A stretch of 61,884 bases of DNA, counting the filler, from Dirinaria sp. TL-2023a (lineage: Eukaryota), in assembly GCA_051941275.1 (NCBI GenBank). It is 2 parts of 2 records of this genome, joined end to end, with 100 filler letters (N's around TTAATTAATTAA, not from the genome) between each part and the next. Parts side by side here need not be neighbours in the genome. Positions count along the whole stretch, not along the records: positions 1 to 30,899 come from JAVEBF010000099.1; 1 more part is not named here. One strand, written 5' to 3'. Positions 1 to 11,508 of this stretch are shown one piece after another (position 1 is the first letter of the stretch; every line of letters begins with the position of its first letter). The translations under genes were made by a program, and so were the position numbers. The notes below the pieces were generated by a model, which made no database searches, had not been told where the DNA came from, and saw only the letters and a list, made by a program, of their open reading frames with translations.

Positions 1-52
1 CCCTAACCCTAACCCTAACCCTAACCCTAACCCTAACCCTAACCCTAACCCT
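1..52 (+). repeat. Telomeric repeat (CCCTAA)n; left chromosome end
   Basis: 8 perfect CCCTAA units plus CCCT at the very start of the window. Confidence 0.98.
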
Positions 53-87
53 TCTGGAGATTTTCTTCGTCATAGTACATATATGTT

Positions 88-318
88 TGTCATGATCCTG
101 ATCTATGTGCGATATCCGAGTATATCGACTTGTTTGTGTGTGGTTTTGCTGTTTTTACCTTATTGGGTTAGCGTCTTCGGGTCTTGTATTGCCCGAGCCC
201 TCTTAATTTCCCACACCTCTTGTATATAGACTTCCTTCCTTTCTTTCTTTCCTTCTTTATAGTTAAGATTCTAGTCTAGTAGTACCCACATGCTATGTTT
301 GCTGTGCAGGCCTTGACA
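88..318. mobile_element. Solo LTR (231 bp) of an LTR retrotransposon
   Basis: Starts TGTCA (88-92) and ends TGACA (314-318), a 5-bp inverted terminus. Flanked by identical ATGTT at 83-87 and 319-323 (TSD). Internal TATATA is followed by a pyrimidine tract. Confidence 0.85.
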
Positions 319-754
319 ATGTTGATATTACATATATATAATTGATATCATCTAAAATTTTAGAAGTTATTGACTAACTTGAAACGTTTCTTGCAAAGTA
401 TAATCGTGATTGTGATTGTGTGTTTTCAAAAATTAAGTTTGAGTCGATGTTTGTTGTTTTTCGCTTTAATGTAGAAAGCGGAAATGACTAAGCGAATTCG
501 AACAATGGGGAACCCGGGATTCAGTGGTTTCAGCGTAGCGAACTATGATTAAAGACATCGAAAGCACTTCTTGACAAATTTAGACAAGAAGCCTTTTTGA
601 GATATAGCTTGCATCCACCACTCGATCTAAAATCGCGACTCTTCTAGTTTGCGATCAGAGGTCCCTTGACTACGAAGAATTCTACCATCGCGCAGAAGAT
701 GATGTCATCGAGTCTTGTAAATCTAACAACTCCTCATCACCTATCAATTCAAAG

Positions 755-2583
755 TTACTGACTCCTCTTTCCCTTACTCTCAAATGGCAACAACAGGCTC
801 AGTATGACCAGCAATCCAAACAACGCAGCGCACACAAATAATGGAGCCGTTGTCTCCACGTTCGCACAACTTCCGACCAGCACACCCAGAATCCCTCCGA
901 TACGATTGAGCACGACGCACAGCCCGTAGCCAGTTGCTCGATGCGCGGAAGGGAGGATCTCGGGGGTATAAGCGTAGATGGTGCCGTAGTATATATTCCT
1001 ATTTGGAAGATCCCATCAGCTGAGTTCAGGATCAAAGAGAGGTGGAGAAAGTAATTGATGAGACTCACGAAGCAGCGGTAATAGCGGCAGAAACGCCCAA
1101 GTTCTGCGCTGGGGTCTTGATCTGGGTATACCCAAATTGCAAAACCATCGTAATGAGGGCTCCGATGGCCAGTGTTCCTCTCCGCCCTGTACCTTTCGTT
1201 TCGACCAGGATGCCCGCAATCACCGGCCCAATGAGTCCGGCGACTTGGTTCACAGCGTAATTTCTCCAGGTGGTGTAATTGGAGTCATCGCCTGTGTCAG
1301 CCCCTCGGGACTGGAGGTAGAAGGGTAGGAAAACGCTGTACAAGGGCGTGACCATGCCAATCACGAACCAATTGGCTAGAATGACGGAGGTAGACCAACC
1401 TAATTTCCGTGTTTGGAAAAGGCCTTTGAAATGCATTTTTATTCGAAGGGCGGACCAGACAGATTTTTCGGTGTTCAAAACGATTCCTTCAGCCTGGAGC
1501 TTATCAAGGGTCAATGCATGGCTTCGATTGTATTTCGCAGCTATGCTATCAAGAACTTGAATCACTTCCGCATCCCGGTTCTGACTGATCAACCATCGTG
1601 GTGTTTGCACCATTCGAATCAAGGTCACGCGCGCTAAAGCCATTACAAGGACGAGGGCGCCACAGGTGAAGTGGAGGTAGCGCCAGCCCATATTGTCTGC
1701 GCGGGTGCAGATCGTGGCGTCTGGGTCACAGCTATAATTGCTCATAAAACCCCATGCGATGAGGCCGGTAATGGTGTAGCCGACAGCCCACCATACGGCC
1801 ATGAATGTCACTAGCCATGCCCACAGGGTAGGAAGGAATTTCAGGAAATTGGTTGCATCTAGGATATAATTACCGCCGGCGCCGGCAGAATAAATGGCGA
1901 CCCTAGCAGAACAACATTAATCATGAAAGAGCGCAGGTTCGGTCGAAATACTTACATAGCAGAAAAAGAAATGTAGTTAGGCATTCCCCCTGCAATAAGC
2001 ACAAAAACTGAGCAAGATAATAGGCTGGTATTAAAAGCGAGCTTTCTCCCGATGATATCTGCTGAAAAGCCCCACAATCCGGCGCCCACTAGAAGGCCGA
2101 CCTGAGAGGCCAGTGGAATGCCTGAGATATGTTTGCTTGGCAGCCCATATTCCTGTTGAACCGCAGGGCTTGCGATGGACTGGCAGACGACGAGGAGCTA
2201 TCCCACCTTATACTTAGCAAGTCTGGCATCAACTAGTTGGACAAACAGTTACACACCGAATCGACCGCATATCCAAAGCCATTCAGCATAAACATCTTCC
2301 ATTGGAAGTCTGTCATCCCAATGCTGTCAATAGACTCATTGACCAGAGCCATCTTCCTTGCAAGCACGGGATCGATTCTTTCGACTGAGAATACTTCCTT
2401 GACAGACCCTGATGAGACATTGTCGCTATCGTACCGGGGGATATCTCCTGGTGGTAGGGTTTCTTTGTAGATTATGTTTCCGTCTTGGCCGTTTTCTTTA
2501 TTCTCTACAGCTGTATTGTTGACATGACTATTGTCTTTCGCAGGGTTACTGCCTGAGTCGAAGTCTGAATCTTGAATACCCAT
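755..2583 (-). CDS. MFS transporter (sugar-transporter/SV2-like clan), multi-exon
   Basis: ATG 2583 (MGIQDSD...); exons encode FQWKMFMLNGFGYAVDS, GWRYLHFT, TPRWLISQNRD, GRRGTL and ..LPFESKGKRSQ-stop (TAA 757-755); GT-AG introns between ORF segments. Confidence 0.9.
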
Positions 2584-3033
2584 GGCTTTGGTTAATGCAA
2601 GCCAAGGAGGTTGGGAGCGGTTAGATTTATAAAATAGCCGTGCAGCCGTGCATCGCCTCTCGTCCCAGGGCAAATGTGCCTAGCCTGCACTGATCTTCCC
2701 TCTCTGATGCTTGGATCGTACCGAGTAGCACACGAATCGAATCAGATTAACCTTTTCGAAGCTGTTCTAAAGCTTCGAGGAATCCGATGTATTCCGTAAT
2801 TTAAGGCCGAATGGCGTCTTGTCGAGGTACGGGCCGAGCGACTTTTGGGAGCATTCAGCTCGTCTAATTATGTGAAGCGGCAAAATTAATAATTTAGATA
2901 CTTGTTCCGATAGACCCGTTACTTGAGGGTAAGACTCGCCAACAGACTGATCGAGATCTGCCATCGAAGCTGCTTTGCCAACTGGCTTTCGTTATCTCGA
3001 TCCGGACTAGGTCTGGTGCATCCCAGTCGCATT

Positions 3034-3043
3034 ATGGCGCCAT
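3034..3043. promoter_or_regulatory. CYS-3/MetR-type bZIP sulfur-regulator site ATGGCGCCAT
   Basis: Perfect palindromic match to the Neurospora CYS-3 consensus ATGRYRYCAT in the shared promoter of the MFS and TauD genes. Confidence 0.6.
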
Positions 3044-3292
3044 ATCTCCTAAGGATGCAGAGTGATGCAAATCGTTCCTGCTTCTTATCGATAGAATGTG
3101 ACTGGCTCTAACAACTGAATCCTACAAAGCAACATACTTGAAAGAGGTCCCTAACAGATAGTTTATCGACTATCTATTTTCCAGTCTTATGCGACAAAGT
3201 CTTTTGACCAAGCACGGATTCTGTTAAATCTAGAACTTCCCTCCCTGCATCCTCAATGCTGGAAACCCCCTTCCAGCTCCTAAGCAAAAACT

Positions 3293-4624
3293 ATGGCGCT
3301 CAATTTGATCACGCCAGATGTTCGGACATACGTTCCACCACACCCGCCACTGGAGGAGTTTATCCCTGATCCCGACCGCGCTCTTTTCGCCAATGGCTCC
3401 AAATCGACTTTGCTCGCGGCAGCTTCCGCTATCGAGGAAGTCACGCCGTATATAGGCACGGAGTTGAAAGGTATCCAGTTGAGCAAATTGTCGGATGCGC
3501 AAAAGGACGAGTTGGCGCTCTTAGTAGCTGAAGTACGTGGAGGAGGAAGTATCTTCGATGAGATGATTAATATTTGTAGAGGGGTGTCGTCTTTTTTCGA
3601 GATCAGGATATCACACTTGAGCAACAACACGAACTTGCTGCTTACTACGGCAAAGTAGGCCAACCTAAGCCCTCAATCATTTCACTTTCTAACTCTAAAT
3701 TCAGCAAGATAGAGATCCGAATCAGCAAGATCCAAGGCACGTCACAATAATTGGTCGTGATGGGTAGGACCTCGGAATGTGCTATTAGGAGCTCCGAGCG
3801 TTAATCATTCGAAGCAATATTCGCCAATATAACTATTATGGAGGCGAGTTCCACGCCGATCATTCTTTCGAGGTCAACCCACCCTCGTACACCCTTCTCC
3901 GCATGGTCAAAACTCCACCGAGCGGCGGGGATACCATATTCACTAGTCAGACAGCGCTTTTCGATAAGCTGAGCCCGGCGTTTCAAAAGGCTCTTGAGGG
4001 GCTTCATGCAGTTCACTCCGCTGATGTCAGTAGAAAACACAATCCTTAAAAGAACTATTACAGGTAATCGTACATGACTGACATTGGGTCTTAAGAGATC
4101 ATATGTTGCCTCGATAAATGGAGGCGGGCAGCCTCTTCGGGCGCCAGTTGGAACAAAGCATCCTTTGGTATGTACCAGGACTCGATTTCTCGTTAGGTTT
4201 TCAACGAGAGACATGTATTTAACCAATGTCTGCTAAGATCCGCACCCATCCCGTGACGGGTCTTAAGATCTTGAATTACAACCCGTCGTTCATCGACCGG
4301 ATCTACGAGCTCAATGGCCAGGAGTCATCCCACATCTTGGCCTTTCTCCGTGAACACCTCCTTCAAGCCCATGATCTTTCCGTGCGCTGGAAATGGACTC
4401 CAGGCGCTGTAGCATTTTGGGATAACAGATCTGTGGTCCACAAGGCTCTTCCCGGTGGATACGACATCACATTGAGAGAGGGGAAACGCACGGCGATATA
4501 CGGCGAGAGGCCCTTCTTTGATGCGGAAAAAAGTGAAAGTTTGACGCAGAGGCGGGAACGATTGAATGCTGGTAAGAAAGATACGGCCGCTCATCGATCG
4601 TCCGAGCCGGAATTGAATAACTGA
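3293..4624 (+). CDS. Alpha-ketoglutarate-dependent sulfonate/taurine dioxygenase (TauD/JLP1 family), multi-exon
   Basis: Spliced translation gives TPYIGTELKGIQL, AE|RGVVFFRDQD, FHADHSFE (HxD), GGDTIFTS, RTHPVTG, RWKWTPGAVAFWDNRSVVH and a C-terminal Arg. Confidence 0.93.
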
Positions 4625-6393
4625 GGAATGGTTTTTATAAAATCATACGCACGGTCAATATGTGCCATATCCGCACTATTTGGCAAATATAAGCAAGAAA
4701 AGATGACTTATTGGTTGTATGGTTCAAACGATCTCATGGGTCCCATATTGTGTAACGGGCACTTATGTTTGGACTTTGCATATCAAGTCGCTTCCAAGAT
4801 ATTTCCGATTGTGCTGAGACATCGCAATCCTTATGATGACTGGGAAGTTTGATGATTGTGTTTCCTTACGAGCGTATCGCTATCAGGAGCCAAATTAACC
4901 GCGTTCAATGCTTTGAAAATTCTGGACAAAGCAGCGTCTTGGGGCCCATCACTCGGCCATGAACTCCACTGCTTCATCCATGGTCCTATATCCTCTGATT
5001 CAACAGCCCTCGTCCTTCTGAACGCTCTACTTGTAAATAATACGTCTCAATGGTATTTTGGCTTTGGTATCTCCTCTCTCGATAGTTCCTCGAAATCCAG
5101 AGTTTTGTTCGCAGGGGGTTTCTCAGTCTCCTGCTGCTTAAAAGTGAAACTTCGTAGAGGTTCTAAGCTCTTCTGCCGACTTATTGAACGATACGATTGC
5201 ATTATTCTCAGATTTTGATACCTTTTTCCACAGAGGGTTGTAAACTCTTTCAAAAGTACCTATGTGGATCTACTACTCTATACAGCCTTGCAGCTCTATT
5301 CGAGGTACTAGATCGACTCCAGTTTAAATCGTACAAATCCAATTGACGGATATGCAATTCACCTTTGTCTTCAAGGGGACTCCAAAATTTCGGCCGCATT
5401 TTTAAGATATTTGCTACACTTGATGCGACTAGATACACATTCTCTGAGGCTCTCTTAACACCCAATATCGGTCTGGAAATTTGAACCCCCTCAAAAGATT
5501 GAAACAGTCATGAAGCTTAAGCTTTGAAGCAGCAGCTGTTCGGACAAGGTCTCTGATTTCAGCAAAGTCACTAGACCGCGCTAATGAGCCATCACAGAGA
5601 GAGTTCTGAGACACAATTTTAGAACCGCACCATCTATCAACGTTCTCATTGGGTGTGTTTAAATTGACCAATCTTGAATGTCTTAGTATGCTAGCGAAGT
5701 TTATAAGAGCTCGAACCTCTTAGCATTCAAAGAAGAAGCGAAAGAAGAGTTTTAACTTCAAAGATCAAGCACATTGGATAACTTGCCTGACTGTGATGAA
5801 GCTAACTTCAAAGCTAGTCTCGGATAGTTCAGAAAAAATTTTTAAAGTCGCTCTGAAAGTCTTCCCCTCTGTTACTGTCAGCATCGGAAATCAGACAACG
5901 AAGGATGTTGATCTCGGTCTGCTGCTTGGGGCTATTTACTTTTTTGAGCCAGAAGATAGATCGGCTTGGCATTTAGCTTCTTTGAGAGGGGTTAGAGGAT
6001 CACGTGCTCAGAAATCCAGTGTAATCGAGTCGTTGCGTTCCCAGGTTTCTTAAAACCTAATTTGGAACAGATTGCGATACTATGGTTCAAAACAAAGCTT
6101 GAGAGAAGCTTAAATAATCTATGTGTTGCATTCTATTGCGTTTGTAGAGATAGTCTGTCGCTGGAATCCTCCATAGTACTTCAAAAAGACATTTCGATGT
6201 ATAGATCTTAAGAGGAGCTGAAGAATGACGCTACTGCTGCGAAAGTGTTCGGGAAGTCGAAGATGAATTTAAGAGATCCCGCATTTCTGGATCAATTGTC
6301 TATTTGAAATTCCTTCGATCTGCTGTTGAAAATGCCGAGACTTCCCCCCAAGATGTCACCTACACAGTCCAGGCTGACATCAAGCGTGAAGGT

Positions 6394-7341
6394 TCAAACT
6401 CTAGTCTCTTGCTTACCTTCGAGACTGTGTTCGAACCAGTTCACCAGCTCCTTGCCGATCAGATGAGGATTGTCCTCTTGGAGGAAATGTTTTCCTGAGC
6501 CAATATGCACGTTCTTCGTATTGTGCAAAGTCTCAAGATAGAACCCGGCCAACTCCTCGCTAATGATAGCGCCTGGGTTAGCCCAGAAAAACAGCTTCGG
6601 GATATCATTCTCCAGCAGCCATGTATGGTTTTTCTCGACAATTGCATAGACCTCCGGCGGCTGCCCCTCAATCGGAGCCTCATTCGGCCAACGATAGATA
6701 GCTTCGCGATCTTCTGATTTGAGATAAGGGGCTCGATAGTAATTCATTTCCTTTTCTGTCAAGGTTCGTACTACACTTTCTGGCAAGAACTTCTCTACGA
6801 AAAAGTTCTCCTCGATGATGAGCTTGCGGCCTGAAGGCCCGCGAAACTCTTTGAACAAGCTGGGCTCACCACCCCTTTCGAGCAAAGCCCACTTTGGGAT
6901 GGGCGGGATAAATTCCAAGAATGCTAGACCAGCTACTTGGAGCGCATGGCGACGAGCCCAATGGAATCCGAGCGACGAACCCCAGCCCTCAACGACGAGA
7001 ATGATTTTCTGGTTTGCTGGCAGAATAACCTGAGCGATGAACTCATCGAGGTAGAGCGCATGTTCGACGAAGCGATACGACAGATGAGAAGGCTTGTCCG
7101 ACTGCCCCATGCCGATGAGATCAGGAGCAACACATCGTACTTCAGAAGAAACGTGAGGGATAATGTTGCGCCATACATAGGAAGACGTTGGGTTACCGTG
7201 TAGGAAGAGCATTGCTGGCGACTCGTGCCGATCCTGAACTGAACCTGTGGCTCCGGTGTCTATGTAGGCCATCTCGACATCATAGATTTTGGCGCGTTGA
7301 AGGGTAAAATGGAAGTCGGAAGAGATTTCTTGATCGCCCAT
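6394..7341 (-). CDS. Haloalkane dehalogenase-like alpha/beta hydrolase (HLD-II/DhaA-like), intronless; nucleophile Asp replaced by Gly
   Basis: FLHGNPTSSYVWRNIIPHV, APDLIGMGQSDKP, WGSSLGFHWA, LEF, GKHFLQEDNP, colinear with Rhodococcus DhaA; first ATG at 7341. Confidence 0.9.
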   Translation of the reverse strand: MGDQEISSDFHFTLQRAKIYDVEMAYIDTGATGSVQDRHESPAMLFLHGNPTSSYVWRNIIPHVSSEVRCVAPDLIGMGQSDKPSHLSYRFVEHALYLDEFIAQVILPANQKIILVVEGWGSSLGFHWARRHALQVAGLAFLEFIPPIPKWALLERGGEPSLFKEFRGPSGRKLIIEENFFVEKFLPESVVRTLTEKEMNYYRAPYLKSEDREAIYRWPNEAPIEGQPPEVYAIVEKNHTWLLENDIPKLFFWANPGAIISEELAGFYLETLHNTKNVHIGSGKHFLQEDNPHLIGKELVNWFEHSLEGKQETRV

Positions 7342-9701
7342 GTTCACCCAATGGATCGATTTCTAGAGTCTCGAAATGGTAAAAGGATGGATAGAAATTT
7401 CAGCCTGTTGTTCTCGCGCAGATAATGTCTTGGAAGCAGACAACCCGCGACGCCCGCTAGGGAAAGGACTGTAGGATCGAAGATGCAATTTTGGATACCA
7501 AAAGATTCAAAATGAGAATGTTCGAGCGGGATCAGATCAACAATACTCATTGTCTTATATAGACACGGGCACGTCTTCATCGTCGACTCTTCAGCTCATT
7601 TCGCTTGCATGACATCTGATCATTGTGAGGTTCAGTGCCAGCAACCCAGAGTAAGGATCAGCTCCTTGACGGGGCATTATCCGATGATGATCCAGCACCC
7701 GATACCCATTTTTAATTTATCTATAGGGATAATCTGTATGCATGACACAACACGATCCAGTGAGTGGAGCGTCAAGATTATCGATCGAGGATCGATTCGC
7801 TGTCAGCGATTCGTTCGGATTTCATTCGGACTTCTGAACGAGCACAACAATCCAGCGTCCTGGAGATGCCTAGAGCTTTCAAGGAGCAGTTGAAGACCGA
7901 TGACATTCTTTCCTATCACAAAGCAGGTATTTTGAGGATATCCAGAGCTCTACCGGCCAAGACAGCTGCCCCTCGAGTTCTTCGTCACAGCTTAATAAGC
8001 CATGTGTATATATTCGCATTTTGAAGGGTAGGAACAGTAGTAGGTGATGTAGACTCAAAAGTGCTGGTAGTTGAACGAAAAGAAACCGCCCCCTTCAGTG
8101 ATTCCTTAATCATGGCGCAATGCTAATTTCTTGAACCAATCAGCGCTCGAGGATGATTAGTTAGTCTAGCCGCTCTTAGTCCCACGAACAGGATCCGACA
8201 GCCCCTACCATTCGGATCAGCAGATTTTCTCATGTTTACTGTACTTCCGATGTCAGCTTATCTTTTCGAATCAGTAGATAGGCGAGGTTTACGTGAACGA
8301 CGAGAATTATATGTGGTTTGCTGCTCCAGGTAATGTGATAGTGGAATCAATGCTGTGTGATTCACCACAGACTCGTCACCAAGGTCGTACCGAGATTGAA
8401 GACCCTAAGCTAGATGACAAACTCGCTCTTCCAGCTGGACTGGAGTGTGGTCACAATATATTGTTCGTAAAAACGACGCACAGGGTGTCTTGGACTCATA
8501 TATTTGTCCTGACTTACGTCAGACGGAGGCGTTCGTCGGCAAAAGACAAGCCCAAGGCAATTTTTCTAAGGTAAACTTTCTAAGCTAGCAGGTCATAGGG
8601 TTCAGTGAGGGCTTAGCCGACCACTGAGGTGGTGCAGCCCTTAAGGTTCAGTACATTTGCTTTTCGGCATGTATTTACTTGGCTCTGGCATTTCGATTTC
8701 CCACCAACCCATGCGACATACATGCCACTCACAGTCTAGTATATGTCATGTAACATATACATTCACCGTGGCTCGCTCTGCATCATACCAGCGCCACAAT
8801 TGGTGATCTCGACTAGCTCTTCGACGTTGAGCCCATGACCTCCGATGTGCTTTTTCAAAGGCCTGCTTGGTCTTGGCTTGAGGCGATTCAAGATTATATC
8901 TAGAGGCGTACGCGTTAGGATTGCCACGAAATTCACTGTTCGAGGCCGCTATAGCTATCTTAAGCGCCGTGTATGGTTGGTGCCTTTGAAAAGGCGCCGC
9001 TACGCATCCTTGAAAACCAGCGTAGACCATTATCGAAAAAGTTTCACTTTGCCCTTGACATGGAAAAGGATCGAGAAAAGGTTTACCTTAAGACTAGACT
9101 TATAACGGCTCAGTATATACGCACTCTATATTCTGTAAAGTACACCCTTCAGTCTTGATGAAGGATACGACTACTTGAGCCTTCACATGCAAGGTATCGA
9201 CCTATCTTACCATGGTTCAAGAAAAAGTCGCTAGGATGAAGTTTGTACACAACAGCAACGTAGAAAGTCCAACGGAGACGTGCCACCGAGCATAGATCTC
9301 CGTCGAATCCCGGGGTAAATTGAACTACAAAATGCTATGATGATCAACTCGCCTTCAAGCCACGCCGATCACGAGTCACTTAAGGCTAGTTCAAGATCGA
9401 GGGACCTGTTCGCCCATTCCGTTACAACGCTCCCGTCCTCACAAACCCTAATTCTGTATTTCGCGGATAATGGATACCTTACTCAACGTAGCTCCCAGAT
9501 GTTAGACCTCAAAGGGGTAAATCGAGAATTCTGCAATGGGATGTGGATCTCGGGTTTTGAGATCTTCTAGATCGCTGCGGCTTGAGTTCTGATCGAGAGT
9601 CACAGAAAACAAAGGTATAGGTCGACGATTCAAATTTTCGGTGACTTCAAATGCTTTCAAGTCCAAAAAAGGCCCATGCAAAGTATCGTTAGCATTTCTT
9701 T

Positions 9702-9999
9702 CCTACACTCTGCTGTTTTTGCGATTATAGCCACCTTCCTAGTATAGTTTGCTTTCATAAAGTTCTTTGATTTTCTTTCATTATGCTTGCTGTTGGAAAA
9801 TGCCTAAGATCGATGACCCCTATGACCTCTCTAACGAATAAAAATCTATCATGGGCATGACCCAAAATTTACAGGCATCTAATGTTTGCCTCCATGCTTG
9901 CCAAAAGCAAGCATAATGAAAGAAATCAAAGAAATCTATGAAAGCAAACCATATTAGAAAGGTGGCCACAATTGCAAAAAACAACACTCGCTTTGTAGG
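9702..9999. repeat. Diverged inverted duplication (arms ~9711-9796 and ~9901-9986)
   Basis: Left arm TGCTGTTTTTGCGATTATAGCCACCTTCCTAGTATAGTTTGCTTTCATA... aligns to the reverse complement of the right arm TGTTGTTTTTTGCAATTGTGGCCACCTTTCTAATATGGTTTGCTTTCATA... Confidence 0.85.
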
Positions 10000-10144
10000 C
10001 AAACATGAGACGCGTATATGTATTGGGTCATGTCCATGATATATTTTCTTTCCTTATAGAGGTGATCAATATTAGACATTTTCCAACACATTCTTTATCG
10101 CTTACCTTGAACACTGTTATCTTTACCACTAACATTACATCTAC

Positions 10145-10791
10145 ATGGATCCTCAAAAATGTATCATCGTGATCATGGGGTACACTGGCAGCGGAAAAAC
10201 CACCCTAGCACGTTATCTATCCGAAAGGCTGCAAAGGCCCATGGTGGAAGGAGACGATGCAAACACACCCTAGCTCCCCGCCTAATATTGGTGGACGAGA
10301 AGCTGACATATCTTGAGCAGTCTCATACGGAAGCCGACAAAGCCCAAATGGCCAGCGGTACAGCCCTTACCGACAACGACCGCTGGGACTTCTTGACGAC
10401 GGTGCGAGAGAAGGCAGTGGAAGCGCTTCAACAAGACAATCATACATCGCCAGCGGTCTTTGTAGCCGTGTCTGTACAGGAGAAGAAGAAGTATAGAGAC
10501 GTCTTGCGAGTTGCGCGGCTGGAAGAAGAAGCCTTGAAGATGACGTTTGTGCATCTAAGGGTGGGGGAGGATGTGGTTATACAGCGGGTAATGGACAGGC
10601 AAGGGCATTTCATAAATAAAGATATGGTATGTAAGCAGATCAGGACTTCTGGGATCCCTGCCCCGCCGGTGGAGGAGGACGATGTCGTGATAATTAATGG
10701 CGAACCGACTATAAAGGTTATAACTGAGGAGGTGGTGGCCACACTGAAGGGCAGGGGAGGCTTGCCGAGAGGAGAAGTCGACAGTCCATGA
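10145..10791 (+). CDS. Gluconokinase (GntK/thermoresistant gluconokinase family); exons 10145-10258 and 10321-10791
   Basis: Exon 1 MDPQKCIIVIMGYTGSGKTT (P-loop)...EGDD; exon 2 SHTEADKAQMASGTALTDNDRWDFL, LKMTFVHL, RQGHF; joined by a 62-bp GC-AG intron with a GCTGAC branch site. Confidence 0.85.
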
Positions 10792-11163
10792 AAGGAAATG
10801 GTTTGATATACTCAGCTTGTTGGTCAGGCCTTATCATGACAGTTGTCAAGCTACTGCCTTTGTGCTCTCCTGGATCCGAGTGGTACCTGGAGGAACTGAT
10901 CCAAACAATGTTAAATCTCGGTTCCGAAGATCACTACTGCGGTAGACGAAGCTAAGACTTCTACAAAACCGATATCTTATTCCAAATCTTGCGAGAGACT
11001 CCTCGCAGATCATCTACGAAAATGAGAACTAACGAAAATCTCAAAGTGGTCATGCCATTGCGCAAGTCCGTTCATTGAACCTTTTCTGCTAAAAGCCTTT
11101 CATTTGTGTATGGTTATCTATTCGCTCAATCGAGCTTGTGGTTTCCGAGGTAGGATTTACACT

Positions 11164-11508
11164 CTATCTATCAGTCACACCCAAATCATCTAGGTCATCT
11201 GGATCTATGTCATCGGGGCATTGATCGACCCCCCAAAATTTTTTAAAGTTGCACCATTTACTTGCGCGTTTTGAAATCTTGGGAGTCCGTCGAGTCGATT
11301 GTGCAACGCCATTGCGCTTGTCTTCTTGATTGAGATGTGTAGTTTGAATGGGTGCTAGCAGTGTGCTCGATGTCGACGTGGTGAATAAAATTGTCGTCGA
11401 GGTCAGTGATGATACAGGGTACATTTCTTTGCTGATTGTGTAAGAGGGAGGAAGAGCCAGCGCCAGCGCTGATGCAAGGAGGAGTACGAAGAGAGGACGT
11501 GTCTGCAT
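11164..11508 (-). CDS. Small secreted protein with Kex2 (KR) sites, 114 aa
   Basis: N-terminal signal peptide (MQTRPLFVLLLASALALA), Ser/Thr-rich pro-region, KR/RR/KR dibasic sites, C-terminal 2-Cys peptide. Confidence 0.7.
   Translation of the reverse strand: MQTRPLFVLLLASALALALPPSYTISKEMYPVSSLTSTTILFTTSTSSTLLAPIQTTHLNQEDKRNGVAQSTRRTPKISKRASKWCNFKKFWGVDQCPDDIDPDDLDDLGVTDR

Noticed and set aside
4680..6050. Broken minus-strand ORFs between TauD and the dehalogenase
   Set aside because: Probably a pseudogene, but there is no recognisable motif to support a call
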